Shown here: piece by piece, positions 1 through 11,742 of the stretch
Numbering within the stretch: position 1 is the first letter of the stretch
How the letters are laid out: each line of letters begins with the position of its first letter
Notes under the pieces: model-generated
Seen by the model: the letters and a program-made list of their open reading frames with translations, nothing else
Databases searched by the model: none
What the model was told of the DNA's origin: nothing
Program-made: the position numbers and the translations under genes
Origin: Azolla caroliniana
Lineage: Eukaryota > Plantae > Polypodiophyta
Reading direction: 5' to 3'
DNA length: 64,000 bases
Assembly: GCA_043228905.1 (NCBI GenBank)
Contig: JBHGNT010000004.1
Location: 2,728,001-2,792,000 of the forward strand

Positions 1-391
1 ACCGGGAGCACTCCCCCGGGTAACGTCAGCAACGGGAGGAATATGGCAGATATAACGACCAACCTCGTCAAGAGTACCGCAATAAGAAGAACTATAACAA
101 AAAACGACATTTCAAAAAAGGCAACCACCCACGGGATCCGGAACAAGGAGCTTCAAGCAGCCAACCGGCCCAAAACCCCGCGCTTACCACAGGACCTGCC
201 CCGTATACAACAAACAATGCCGAATCCAGCAATACCCGGAAAGCCTACTGCTACTACTGCCGACAGGAAGGCCATTATAGTAATCAATGCCCGGTGAAGA
301 GCTATGACAAACAACCGGCATTAAATATGGTAGTCCCTGAAGTGGCAGCTCTGCAGCAGGTGACCACAAGGTCGAAGGGCATGGCCAAGGA

Positions 392-3300
392 ATGGGAGAC
401 GCAGGAGAACATCCGGAAGCAAGCGACGGAATGGGTGAAGAAAGCAAACGAGCAAAACGTAACAGACTTACAGCGGCAAAAGGAGAACACCGTAGGGCTT
501 GCCAGCGGCAGTCACTCGGAGAACAAGACATGGCAGGCGTTGCAAGAATGCCAGGAGAATCATCACCGGCACCGGTACTCTTCTCGAATCCGGAGGAGGG
601 ACCAACGGTGGTGGACACCAACAATCCGGTAATCACTGCCATTGTAAAAGGGAAAGAACTCCTCGGCATAGTAATAGACGGAGGCTCTGGTGTGAATGTA
701 ATAAGCCTCCGGACGTGTGATGCCCTGGGAATCCACGAGTGGGAGCCGTGTCCGTTCTGGTTATGGATGGCCGATACAAGCTCCGTGCGGCCGACAGGAT
801 TAATACGAAAATTAGAAGTCACCGTTGGCGGTCATACATTTCACATCTCGGCAGTAGTGCTACAATTACAGACACAAGGCGCGTACCTGCTATTGCTGGG
901 GCGGCCGTGGTTGAAAACGGCACATATCAAACATAATTGGAGGAAAAATATAATTACCTTCCGACGAGGAAAAGCCAAGGTATGTGTACCAACACAGCCA
1001 AGGACGAGCACTGGCAAGGAATGTACACCGTTGTATGCAGAGTGCGTCAACATGCTAGAAGGGTTAGCTGACGAAGAAGACGCTCAGTACTTGCAGGAAA
1101 ATCCGAAGATCGTACCCCTCTTCGAAATTGACATTGCCGAAGCAGTAGCACCATACTTACCACAGCCGGAAGAGACTGAAGTAGAACCGGATAAGGACGC
1201 AATCCGAGAGTTATGGCAAGCACAGGAAGCGTTGGAACGGGAAATGGTCGTTTCACAGCGCGTAAAAGCGTCGCAACTTGAAGAGGTGAACCTAGGGACC
1301 ACGAACGAAGCAAAACCGGTGCACATTGCCAAGGAGATGAAGTCCGAAGACAAAACGGAGATGATCACACTTCTCACGGAATTTCGCAACGTGTTTGCCT
1401 GGTCATACGAAGACATGCGAGGGCTCGACCCTCAGTTATACTAGCATCAGATTCACTTGAGCAAGGACGCAAAACCAGTGGCACAAAGACGGTACCGGAT
1501 GAATCCCAATTATGCCGCCAAAGTCGAGGAAATCGACAAACTGCTAAGAGTTGGCTTTATCCGTTCGGTAAAGAAAGCGACATGGCTGAGCCCGATCGTA
1601 GTCGTACCGAAGAAGAACGGAAAAATTCGAGTTTGTGTGGACTACCGGAAACTCAATGTGGCTACGGTAACGGATGCGTTTCCACTTCCGTTCACCGATG
1701 GATTGTTGGATGCCGTTGCCGGCCATGAGGTCTATAGCTTTCTAGACGGATTCAGCGGGTATAATCAGATCTGGATGCACCCCGACGACCAAGAGAAAAC
1801 TGCTTTCGTCACCGAATGGGGGGTGTTTGTGGCCGTGGTGATGATGTTCGGACTCAAAACGGCACCGGCAACATTCCAACGAATCATCATGGAAATCTTT
1901 GGTGAATATATCCTGGCTTTTATGCAGGTTTTCCTTGACGATTTCGCCATCTATAGCCGGGAAGAGGATCATTTGCAGCACCTCCGTCTTTGTCTAGAAA
2001 AGTGTAGAGCGTACTGGCTAAGCTTCAATCCGGCGAAGTGTATATTTGGCGTGTCCAGTGGAACCCTACTAGGACATATTGTGAGCCAGGAAGGCATTGC
2101 AGTCGACCCGGACAAAGTGAAAGCCATATTAGAAGCACCGGCGCCGGTAATGGCAAAGGCATTGAGCCGGTTCTTAGGCCAGATCCAGTGGCACAGCCGG
2201 ATGCTCCGATACTTGGCCGACCTGGCTACACCGTTGCATGACGCGGTACATCGAACACCATTCCAGTGGACGGACACCGAGGATAGGGCATATACCGCCC
2301 TCAAGGTACTATTGTCGCAAGCACCGGTAGTACAGCCTCCGGATTGGAGTAAAGAATTTCATGTGTTCGTGGACACCTCCGACATCGCAATCGGAAGCGC
2401 ACTGATGCAGCTTATAGAGCCAAAGTGGTACCGGCCAGTGTACTATGCCAGCCGAAAGCTATCCCAAGCGGAACGGAACTACTCTACCACGGAACGGGAA
2501 GCCTTAGGGATGATCTACAGTGTGACAAAGTTTCGGCATTATTTATTGGGAAGGAAGTTTTCCTTCCATGTAGATCATTCGGCACTCGTCTACCTGGTGT
2601 CCAAGGCGTCACTCACCGGTAAGTTGGCCCGGTGGACCTTACTGTTACAAGAATTTGAGTTCGAAATATTCCACCGACCTGGTATACAGCATGCCATAGC
2701 GGATTATTTAAGCCGTCTAGAGTCCGGAGAGACAGGCGACGGAGTAGCGGACAAGTTTCCGGATGCGGAGCTGTTTCATGTCACTACGGAAACTGCAGCA
2801 GATGAATCGGTGGCACAGGAAGATAAGTGGCTCACAAACATGCACCAGTTTCTGAGCACAGGACTGCCTCCGGAGGAGATGAACCGGGACGAAAGGAAAC
2901 GCTTGGCGGTGCAAAGCCGACATTTCTGCTTACTGCGAGACACACTTTACCACAAGGGCACGGACGGCATATGGAGATGGGCTGTGCGCAGCGATGAAAA
3001 GGACCTCATACTGAGGGAAGCCCACTGCGGAGTTGCTGGAGGTCACTATGCCGGAGATGCGACGGCCAGGAAAATATGGCAAAGTGGCCTATGGTGGCCA
3101 ACGACATTAAGAGATGTTGTACGGTACGCAAAAGAATGTGACTTATGCCAGCGAATGGGTCAGCCAACGGAGCAGGCTCGGATGCCACACCAGCCTGTAC
3201 TACCACTCAAACCATTCCAGAAGTGGGGGCTGGACTTTTATTGGACTGTTCAAACCACCGTCAATGAGAACAGGTAATCAGTACGTCATCGTCGCGACGG

Positions 3301-3535
3301 ATTACTGCACGAAATGGGTGGAGGTCAAAGCCTTAAGAGACAACACCACTGCGTCAACGACAAAATTTCTATACGAATACATCTGGTGCCGTTACGGATG
3401 CCCTATCGAATTAATAAGCGACCAAGGGGGGCACTTTCTCGGCCAAGTAGTTGAAAGCCTGACGACATTCTATGCCGTTGTCCATAAACGGAGCACACCG
3501 TACTATCCGCAAGCAAACGGGTTAGCTAAGTCTTA
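392..3535 (+). pseudogene. Ty3/Gypsy non-chromovirus (Athila/Tat-like) pol: protease-RT-RNaseH-integrase, disrupted and 3'-truncated
   Basis: Protease IVIDGGSGVN; RT CVDYRKLN, LDGFSGYNQI, FLDD; RNaseH FVDTSD, NYSTTEREALG; integrase HHCC and LISDQGGHF, PYYPQANG. In-frame TAG at 1442 and a frameshift near 3238. Sequence breaks at ~3535 into an opposite-strand LINE. Bases 1-391 are probably the gag tail. Confidence 0.93.
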
Positions 3536-4729
3536 ACAAAGTGATTCCCATCTTATCCCTTTTCTTCCACAACAAATATCAAAGAGGTTGCAAAATAGAA
3601 TGTAAAGCCTTCTTTGTCCACGACAGCAATGGGAAGTAATATAATATCATAGGTTCCATAATACATTGTACAACCTTCAAACGTACATGAAATTACCAAG
3701 ATTGTATATTCCAATACATGAACTTATCCCTCAACTTACTAGACATCCATTCAATCAATTGACCATTTGTAACATTCATTCCTAATGGATAGCCCAAGTG
3801 TCGAAAAATAGAGCCTTTCGTCACGACGGATCCTTGCCATCCTAAACATTCCAAATCCCTTTCAGTACATGATATGAGACTAGACTTTCTCCAATTAATA
3901 TGTAATCCGGAATCCAATGCAAATTGGTTCCATACAATCATCCCCTTCTCAAGATTCTCTCGGGAGGCTTGTAGAAACATGAAAGAATCATTAGCCAAAG
4001 CTTGTACAACTAGTTGCCCTCCAAACGGAAGGTGTAGACCCACAATATCACCATTTGTTGCAAGCCTTGATAGCATTACTAACAAGGGATGAGTAACAAT
4101 AGCAAACAACAATGGACTAATAGGGCATCCTTGACGAATGGATCTTGTAAGGGCAATATCTAATGTAACTCCTCCATTAAGCATGACTTGAGACACCGCA
4201 TCTTGTCCTAATAAAAATATGAGGTGAGACATACGAGGTCCAAAGCCCATTGTATGCATTAACCCAAAACAAAGGACCAATTAACATGATCATAAGCTTT
4301 CTCCAAATCTAATTGCACCATAATCAATTCTTGATGAGTGTTTCGAGCATAATCCATGGCCATTTGAACATTCAACACATTATGCAATATATTCCTACCT
4401 GCAATAAAACCATATTGGGCAGGATGTATCAACTTTGGCAAATAGTTTTGTAATCTATTTCCCAAGACCTTTGTAAATATCTTATACAACCCCCCCATCA
4501 AAGAAATAGGTCTCCATTGATGAAATGATTCTGGAGATGCCACCTTTGGAACTAATTTAATTAGACCAACCTTCCAAGCTTGAGGCATATGACTAGAATC
4601 CCAAGAATGTTGAAACATCAAAGTGAAGGGCCCCTTTAAAATGTGTGAATATCTCTTAAAAACTTCATTTGTCAAGCCATCCCAACCAGGGCTCTTACCA
4701 CTAGGAAGTTGCCTTAAAACTGTGTCCAC

Positions 4730-5100
4730 CTAGACATAGCCAACCTACCACCGACGTCCCATACCGCCGAATATTAGGATGACTAATACCTTGGAAGAGA
4801 TAAACACGATCGTCGAGACGAAAGCCTAGCCCGCACCACTGGTGTCTACGACAGCAGCCTTCCGACGTGATCATCCTATGAGGGTAGCTAAGCCTCATAT
4901 TTATACCTTTTCCTAGGCCCCTTGAATAGATGTGCCTTTCTAAAAGGCTCTCTATTCATTGGTTGTCTAAATCATGATAGTGCATGCACATATCATTCAT
5001 TCTATCCAATCATTAGTCCCCTTTTTAATAATAGTGAACATACCCTTCACTAATGTAAATATTAGTGACCTACCCTCACCAACGTTATGTGTACATAACA
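4730..5100 (-). repeat. 3' LTR of the chromovirus, lacking its last ~102 bp
   Basis: Matches 11372-11742 with 3 substitutions by eye. Preceded on the minus strand by the purine tract GGGGAGTA (5101-5108). Confidence 0.95.
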
Positions 5101-5107
5101 TACTCCC

Positions 5108-8100
5108 CTACTTCAAAAGATTGCACTCTTGCAATATAAAGTGAGGAAATTGTGCCTTAAGCGAATGCTCGCGTTCCCATGTGGCATCATCAATAGGTTT
5201 ATCCATCCATTTGATCTTGAATAGCCGAATCTCTTTAGAACGTAAACGTTTAGTACGAGAATCAAGAATTCGTTCAGGAACATGAGGTTTGTAAGAAAAA
5301 TCCTCTAATGTTACAAGATCTTGGATTGTGATGGTGTTATCACCAGAGCCTAAAAATGGTTTTAGACGACTGACGTGAAAAACAGGATGAATACCAACGT
5401 TACGAGGTAAGGCAAGGTGATAAGCAGATGACCCAACTCGCTTAAGGATTTCAAATGGGCCACAATATCGTGGGGCTAACTTAGCGCACTTGCCCGTAGA
5501 TAATGACGTAGAATCAGTCGGGACACGCAAAAAAACTTTTTGACCAATAGTAAATGCACGAGGACGTCTATCCTGATCAGCATAAAATCGAGCACGATCT
5601 TGAGCTGTCTTGACATTTTCTTTGGCAATATGCAACATTTGGTTCATGTCTTGCAAAAAATTGCGTGTACTGTCTAATGTATCACGATGAATCGTGACAT
5701 CAACTGGGGCACGTGGCTGAAAACCATACATCAACATAAAAGGACTATATCCAGTGGATGTATGTTTAGAGCTATTATAGGCAAATTCTAAGATAGGAAG
5801 GTATTGCTCCCACTTAGAAGGGGTTTTTGCTACATAAGCTCGAAGCATGTCCTCAATAATTTGATTAACTCGTTCAGTTTGTCCATCAGACTGAGGATGA
5901 TCTGCGGAACTCATGCTCAACGTAGTTTCTAGTTTCTTAAAGACCTGAGTCCAAAAGTCACTAGTAAACTTGGAATCTCGATCACTAACAATATCCATCG
6001 GTAATCCATAAAAACAAAATAACTCATCAACAAATTGATAAGCCAACTGTTGAGCGGTTACCGTGGTTTTTGTAGGAATAAATCTAGCTAATTTTGTTAG
6101 CCTGTCAACGACAACCCATATGGCATCATGACCCCTCTGTGTACGAGGTAAACTAACAATAAAATCCATCGAGATACTTTCCCATTTATTGTTGGGAATA
6201 TCTAAGGGATGTAAAAGACCAGCAGCTTTAAGTCGTTCCGACTTATTAATCTGACATTGTAAGCATTGAGTTACGTATTTATGCACGTCAGAGCGTATCT
6301 TAGGCCAGAAAAAAGTACACGAGATGAGAACGAGTGTGCGTTGTATTCCAGGATGACCAGCAGATGGTGCATCATGACATTCATGAAAAATTTTCTGTTT
6401 AACATTTGGTAAATCTGGAACACAGACCTTTCCACTACGATAGAGCAAACCGTTTGTAATGTGAAAGGTCGCCTTCGAGGGTAGGGTGCTAGTATCGGCA
6501 TCTAAACCAGATTCGGCTTTCGTCCAGTATTTTGAGAAATAACTGTCATCAAGGTATTTCCCTCGAAGGTGATCTAAAAGATCAGATTTTATTTCCGTGA
6601 AGCTAAGCATGTTAACTTCTTTAATGCGACTAAGAGCATCAGCAACGGTGTTCATAGAACCCTTGCGATATCGTATGGAAAAATCAAAATCTTGCATAAG
6701 GTCAGCCCAACGGCCTTTACGACCAACAAGATCGGGCTGGTCACAAAAATACTTTAATGATTGATGGTCTGTTGTAACCACAAATTTATTTCCATAGAGA
6801 TAGTGCCTCCATGTTTTAAGTGCGTGTATCACCGCAAACAACTCTTTCTCTTGAACCGAATACCGAGATTGAGCAGCATCAAGCTTCTTACTTTCAAAAG
6901 CAATAGGGTGACCACCTTGATAAAGAACGGCACCAACAGCATAATCACTAGCATCGGTTTCAATTGAGAAAGGCTTAGAACGGTCTGGTAATAGAAGAGT
7001 GGGAGCCTGACACACATGATCCTTGAGTGTCTCAAATGATTTGTCAAGTTGTTCATTCCATGAAATTGGTTTGACAGACTTACGTGGATGACCTTTTAAA
7101 AGGTCAGTTAATGGCGTAGTCAATTTGGAATAGTTACGAATTGATTTTCGTAAAAATCCAACAAACCCTAAGAATGATCTAAGTTCACGAATATTACAAG
7201 GAATGGGCCAAAGTTTAACCTTTTCAATACGAGAAGGTTCAATTTCAACGCCATTTTCTGTAATTAAATGACCTAGGTACACAATAGATTTTTGGAAGAA
7301 GTCACATTTTGAATGTTTTGCATAGAAAGAGTTGTCACGCAACTTTCGCAAAACAAATCGAACATGTTGAACATGATCTTGCAAGGTACGGCTATATATC
7401 AAAATATCATCCAAGAAGACGACAACAAAATCACCGAGTTGATCTCGGAAAACATCATTCATCGCTTGTTGGAATGTGGCTGGAGCATTAGTCAACCCAA
7501 ATGGCATGACTAAAAACTCATAATGGCCATAGCGCGTACGAAAAGCGGTTTTAGGAATATCATCCTCGGCGATGCGAATCTGATGATAACCAGTTCGTAA
7601 GTCAATTTTCGTAAAATATCGAGCCCCGTGCAAACGATCAATCAAATCATCGGCACGAGGTAATGGATATGCATTCTTAATTGTCATTTTATTCAAACGG
7701 CGATAATTGATACACATTCGCCACGAACCTTCCTTCTTCTTGACTAATAGAACTGGCGCACCCCAAGGTGATTTACTATACCTAATGTGGCCCATACTCA
7801 AGTATTCCTTAAGTTGTTTAGCGATCTCATCCTCTTCTAATCGACTAAGTCGGTAAGGTGGAATGCTCACAGGAGCAGCCCCAGGGATGAGTTCAATTTG
7901 ATGGTCCACATTACGTTTAGGTGGTAAAGTAAGCGGTAATTCAGTAGGAAACACATCTTGAAAATCCTCTAAAATAGAGTCGAGTAATCGTTGCTCAAAA
8001 TGTGGTAATTGTGTGGCGTCAATATTAAAATAATAAAATTGAACCGCAGGATCAATTACACACGAATAAATTAATGAACTAGAATACTCACTTAAAGATT

Positions 8101-9511
8101 TAGAAGACACAAGTGAATGAGAAGGAAGTTTGGAACATTGAATAAAATGTTTACAATTATTAAGTTCAAATGTGATTGAGTGATTAACCCAATCAATGGA
8201 CAAAGAAGGGTTTTTATTAAAAAACCAAGGATATCCTAAAATGACATCTGCGGATTGTAATTTCATAACATGAAAGTCAAGCTTCTCCAAATAAGTATCT
8301 ATTTGAATTGGCAGTTGACAAACAATGCCACTGATGTATTGAACGTTTCCATTTGCCATGTGAACTTGATAGATATGATCACTTGCGTTTATGTGGAGCT
8401 CCATTTGCTGCACAAAGTGATCATTAAGAAAATTGTGAGAACTACTGGAATCAAACAAGAAATGTGCTTGTGTTCCATTGATATATCCGACTGCTCGGAG
8501 TAAATCATTAGGTCCAAGTAAATGTGAAGGAAAAGTGCATTCACATAAACTTAAGTGATTGGTATGAACTTCAACAATATCAAAAGACTCACCTGTGTGA
8601 CTCGTAGATTTGTCTTGAGGAGGGGTGTTCATTGACTTCCTCTCAAGACGACGACAGGTATCCTTTGTGTGGCCCCGCTTCTTGCAATATGCACAGAAGA
8701 GGTTCGGTTTCTTTGAGTCGCGGTCAAGAGTGTCACTGGATTGCTTACGTTTCCCAATGAACTTGACATTCGGAGTTTTGGCGAACTCAGGTTTATTGTG
8801 GTCTTTCTTGGAAGTCCTATGGTATCGCAGCACAATGTTGACGGCTTCCTCGAAAGTTGTGGGGTCCTTGTCATGGACAATCCAATGATAATCCCCATTG
8901 GGAATACCATTCAAAAAACAAGCGACAAACCATTTCTCACCCGTAAGTCCCGATTTTTGGATCTGGGTCCGAGCGTGATGCACATAATCCTCGAGAGAGG
9001 TAAATGGCTTACTAGACAATGTGAGCAAGTGTTGCGCTTGTTCGGTTTGAGAAGGTGGCTGCAAGAATTGTTTCTTAAAAACATCAACGAAACCTTCCCA
9101 AGTTGTGGGTAAGTTTTTTGCGGTCCTTAGGCCACGCCACCAAGCAGCAGCTCGGCCACCTAACTCACGACCGACATAACCAATTTTTACTGCATCGGGC
9201 TTGGGATGAAGCTCAAAGTGAGACTCCCAACGACCAAGCCAAGTGCTAATAGCCTCCTCGGTTCTTTCTTTCTTATCTCCCTTGAAAGGCGTGACTACGA
9301 AGGAAGGTTCACCTTCTTTCTTGGACTCAATAGTTAATTCTTGGAATTTCTTTTCCAATGCCATATTGCCCTGTCTCATTTCGGCCAATTGATTCAAGGT
9401 AATAGTGAGCAATTGCTCAATAGTGATCTCAGCTTGTGTGCGAGATGCGGATTGGGGTTGAGAGGACTCATTTGGAGAGATCGTTCCAACTGCGTTCAAA
9501 ACTTGTTCCAT
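5108..9511 (-). CDS. Gag-Pol polyprotein (gag, CCHC, protease, RT, RNaseH, integrase, chromodomain), 1467 aa
   Basis: CAYCKKRGHTKDTC; FLFDSSSSHNF; IDLRTGYHQI, FLDD; ETDASD; HHCC, SMDF, VSDRD, DGQTER; GPF module; C-terminal chromodomain PERILDSR...KIKW...DATWE. Confidence 0.95.
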   Translation of the reverse strand: MEQVLNAVGTISPNESSQPQSASRTQAEITIEQLLTITLNQLAEMRQGNMALEKKFQELTIESKKEGEPSFVVTPFKGDKKERTEEAISTWLGRWESHFELHPKPDAVKIGYVGRELGGRAAAWWRGLRTAKNLPTTWEGFVDVFKKQFLQPPSQTEQAQHLLTLSSKPFTSLEDYVHHARTQIQKSGLTGEKWFVACFLNGIPNGDYHWIVHDKDPTTFEEAVNIVLRYHRTSKKDHNKPEFAKTPNVKFIGKRKQSSDTLDRDSKKPNLFCAYCKKRGHTKDTCRRLERKSMNTPPQDKSTSHTGESFDIVEVHTNHLSLCECTFPSHLLGPNDLLRAVGYINGTQAHFLFDSSSSHNFLNDHFVQQMELHINASDHIYQVHMANGNVQYISGIVCQLPIQIDTYLEKLDFHVMKLQSADVILGYPWFFNKNPSLSIDWVNHSITFELNNCKHFIQCSKLPSHSLVSSKSLSEYSSSLIYSCVIDPAVQFYYFNIDATQLPHFEQRLLDSILEDFQDVFPTELPLTLPPKRNVDHQIELIPGAAPVSIPPYRLSRLEEDEIAKQLKEYLSMGHIRYSKSPWGAPVLLVKKKEGSWRMCINYRRLNKMTIKNAYPLPRADDLIDRLHGARYFTKIDLRTGYHQIRIAEDDIPKTAFRTRYGHYEFLVMPFGLTNAPATFQQAMNDVFRDQLGDFVVVFLDDILIYSRTLQDHVQHVRFVLRKLRDNSFYAKHSKCDFFQKSIVYLGHLITENGVEIEPSRIEKVKLWPIPCNIRELRSFLGFVGFLRKSIRNYSKLTTPLTDLLKGHPRKSVKPISWNEQLDKSFETLKDHVCQAPTLLLPDRSKPFSIETDASDYAVGAVLYQGGHPIAFESKKLDAAQSRYSVQEKELFAVIHALKTWRHYLYGNKFVVTTDHQSLKYFCDQPDLVGRKGRWADLMQDFDFSIRYRKGSMNTVADALSRIKEVNMLSFTEIKSDLLDHLRGKYLDDSYFSKYWTKAESGLDADTSTLPSKATFHITNGLLYRSGKVCVPDLPNVKQKIFHECHDAPSAGHPGIQRTLVLISCTFFWPKIRSDVHKYVTQCLQCQINKSERLKAAGLLHPLDIPNNKWESISMDFIVSLPRTQRGHDAIWVVVDRLTKLARFIPTKTTVTAQQLAYQFVDELFCFYGLPMDIVSDRDSKFTSDFWTQVFKKLETTLSMSSADHPQSDGQTERVNQIIEDMLRAYVAKTPSKWEQYLPILEFAYNSSKHTSTGYSPFMLMYGFQPRAPVDVTIHRDTLDSTRNFLQDMNQMLHIAKENVKTAQDRARFYADQDRRPRAFTIGQKVFLRVPTDSTSLSTGKCAKLAPRYCGPFEILKRVGSSAYHLALPRNVGIHPVFHVSRLKPFLGSGDNTITIQDLVTLEDFSYKPHVPERILDSRTKRLRSKEIRLFKIKWMDKPIDDATWEREHSLKAQFPHFILQECNLLK

Positions 9512-10500
9512 GATGCACGCTGTGGGTATGCAATAAAATAAGGAGGTTCAGAAAATACACAAGCAAAATGAATGCTTGAAATTTTGATTGAAAGAACTTT
9601 ATCCAAGAAAGTATCTCATGTCTTTACCCCTCTAGACATATGAGATGTGATTCGAGATCCGATAACTATGGTAACACTATGGTGTTTTAAAAACCATGGG
9701 GGAAAACATAGCTAAGATGTATTTCTCGGATCTCTATCTTGAGTAATCATGGCGGCTCCCCGAGGCTCAACCATGGTTCTTACATCAATGAAATTTCCTA
9801 GATAGCCTTATATTAATGCCAACCCATCATGTATTATATGGTCGAGAAAGTGTATTACGTGAAAAAACAAGTGCACTCACAAGTAATATTCTAGTCTTGC
9901 GAGCAATAAGCAAACGTGATGATAAAATGATAAAATAAGGCACTACTCATAAGAGTTAAGTAGTGACGAAAACAAGGGTAAAAAAAAAAAAGAACCCATG
10001 TGTTACCTACGAAAAAAACAATGTCACAAATAAATGGGAAGTGCAAGGTATGCACATATACATCCCAATATGATTGTTATAACTTGCACAATTGTGACAT
10101 AAGCCACAAATTGATACAAGTGATGACGGTGTTGTGCGCAAAGATGTAATACTCAAATCCATGAGTAAAACATCAATAAGGGAACTCATATGGTTTTACT
10201 CGTTTTCTAAGGCTTGATGATAAGAGTTAAATCTAGATGACCCGTTGAAAAAAAATCGTTCAACAAGCCACTCCATACGAAAAAAAATAGTCTACACGTA
10301 AAGGTTACATTAAAAATAAACGATGTAAATACTTTATACATGAAAAGGAAGTGGAAAAAGGATAGTTAATTGTGGGCGGGTAAATAATAATTACTAGAAA
10401 ATCATATAAGTGAAACAATACTTATGAAATTAAAATTTAATTAGAATAATCAACAATTAGGTGTATGGAATCAAACATGCCCTAAGATACGAAACCCTAG

Positions 10501-10835
10501 GGTAGTTGACATGCACCTCCTCAAGACCACAACATATCCCTAGAATCGGCCAAGTAATGGCTAATTAAAGAGGAAAGTGGCATAGGTAAGTGACATATAC
10601 CTCGTCAAGGCCACATCATCCCTTAGAATCGGCCAATTGATGGCTAATTAAAAAGGAAAGTGGCATATGTAAGCTACATATACCTTGTCAAGGCCACAAC
10701 ATCCCATAGAATCGGCCAATTGATGGCTTAATAGAGAGTAGAGTGGCATAGGTAGGCAACATACACCTCGTCAAGGCCACATCATCCCTTAGAATCGGCC
10801 AAGTGATGGCTCAATAGAGGGGAAGAGTGGTATAC
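10501..10835. repeat. Four ~83-bp tandem repeats in the chromovirus 5' leader
   Basis: The unit core CAAGGCCACAxCATCCCxTAGAATCGGCCAA...GTGGCATA recurs four times with scattered substitutions. Confidence 0.9.
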
Positions 10836-11256
10836 TCAACATCATATGCAAAACGGCCATGAGATAAGCGTGTGCGATTAGAGCAAACACGCTCGACCCA
10901 ATGCACAAGAATAATTATTATCGTAAGAGTTCAAGAGAGGAGAGAGTGGGATATATATCGCAATATGCAAAAGGCCATGAGTTGAGCGTGTGCGATTAGT
11001 GCAAACACGCTCGGCCCGATGCATAATAATAAGTAAAATCGTAGCGTAGTAGGAGGTAGAAAGAAAGAGAATAAAACGTAATACCAATTTGATTCGACCA
11101 TAAAGAACGCATAATAGAAAAAGAGAAGAGATCAAAAAAGAAAAATACCGGGTTTAGAGTGTTGTTTTGATCCTGAGAAGAGCATGACGAGCCTTGTTAG
11201 ATCCCCCTCGCTCACACGCAAAAAACATCAAAACAACAAAAAAATTGTTAGTAAAA

Positions 11257-11268
11257 GCTCTGATACCA
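11257..11268 (-). other. Primer binding site, tRNA-iMet
   Basis: Minus strand TGGTATCAGAGC, 1 nt after the LTR end. Confidence 0.95.
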
Positions 11269-11269
11269 C

Positions 11270-11742
11270 TGTTAAGAGTCTATTACTAATCAATAGACCA
11301 AATCAAGTAAAAAGGAAGAAAATAGATTGGATAGAAGAACCCGTTCCACCCGACCACCCCCGAGCTATGATCTAGACATAGCCAACCTACCACCGACGTC
11401 CCATACCGTCGGATATTAGGATGACTAATACCTTGGAAGAGATAAACACGATCGTCGAGACGAAAGCCTAGCCCGCACCACCGGTGTCTACGACAGCAGC
11501 CTTCCGACGTGATCATCCTATGAGGGTAGCTAAGCCTCATATTTATACCTTTTCCTAGGCCCCTTGAATAGATGTGCCTTTCTAAAAGGCTCTCTATTCA
11601 TTGGTTGTCTAAATCATGATAGTGCATGCACATATCATTCATTCTATCCAATCATTAGTCCCCTTTTTAATAATAGTGAACATACCCTTCACTAATGTAA
11701 ATATTAGTGACCTACCCTCACCAACGTTATGTGTACATAACA
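11270..11742 (-). repeat. 5' LTR (473 bp) of the chromovirus
   Basis: TGTTA...TAACA termini, adjacent PBS, and a matching copy at 4730-5100. Confidence 0.96.

Larger units (their letters stand above)
4730..11742 (-). mobile_element. Young Ty3/Gypsy chromovirus LTR retrotransposon inserted in LINE ORF2
   Basis: Near-identical LTRs, tRNA-iMet PBS, PPT and an uninterrupted gag-pol. TSD ACCTC on the right (11743-11747) and a partial ACCT on the left. Confidence 0.96.

Noticed and set aside
9665-9712. Twister-ribozyme-like TAACACT...GGGGG segment
   Set aside because: It lacks the loop UCCC and P4 elements needed for the twister pseudoknots, and it is on the non-genomic strand.
10501-10835. Regular repeats as a possible CRISPR array
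   Set aside because: Whole units are homologous, there are no unique spacers or cas genes, and the context is a eukaryotic TE leader.
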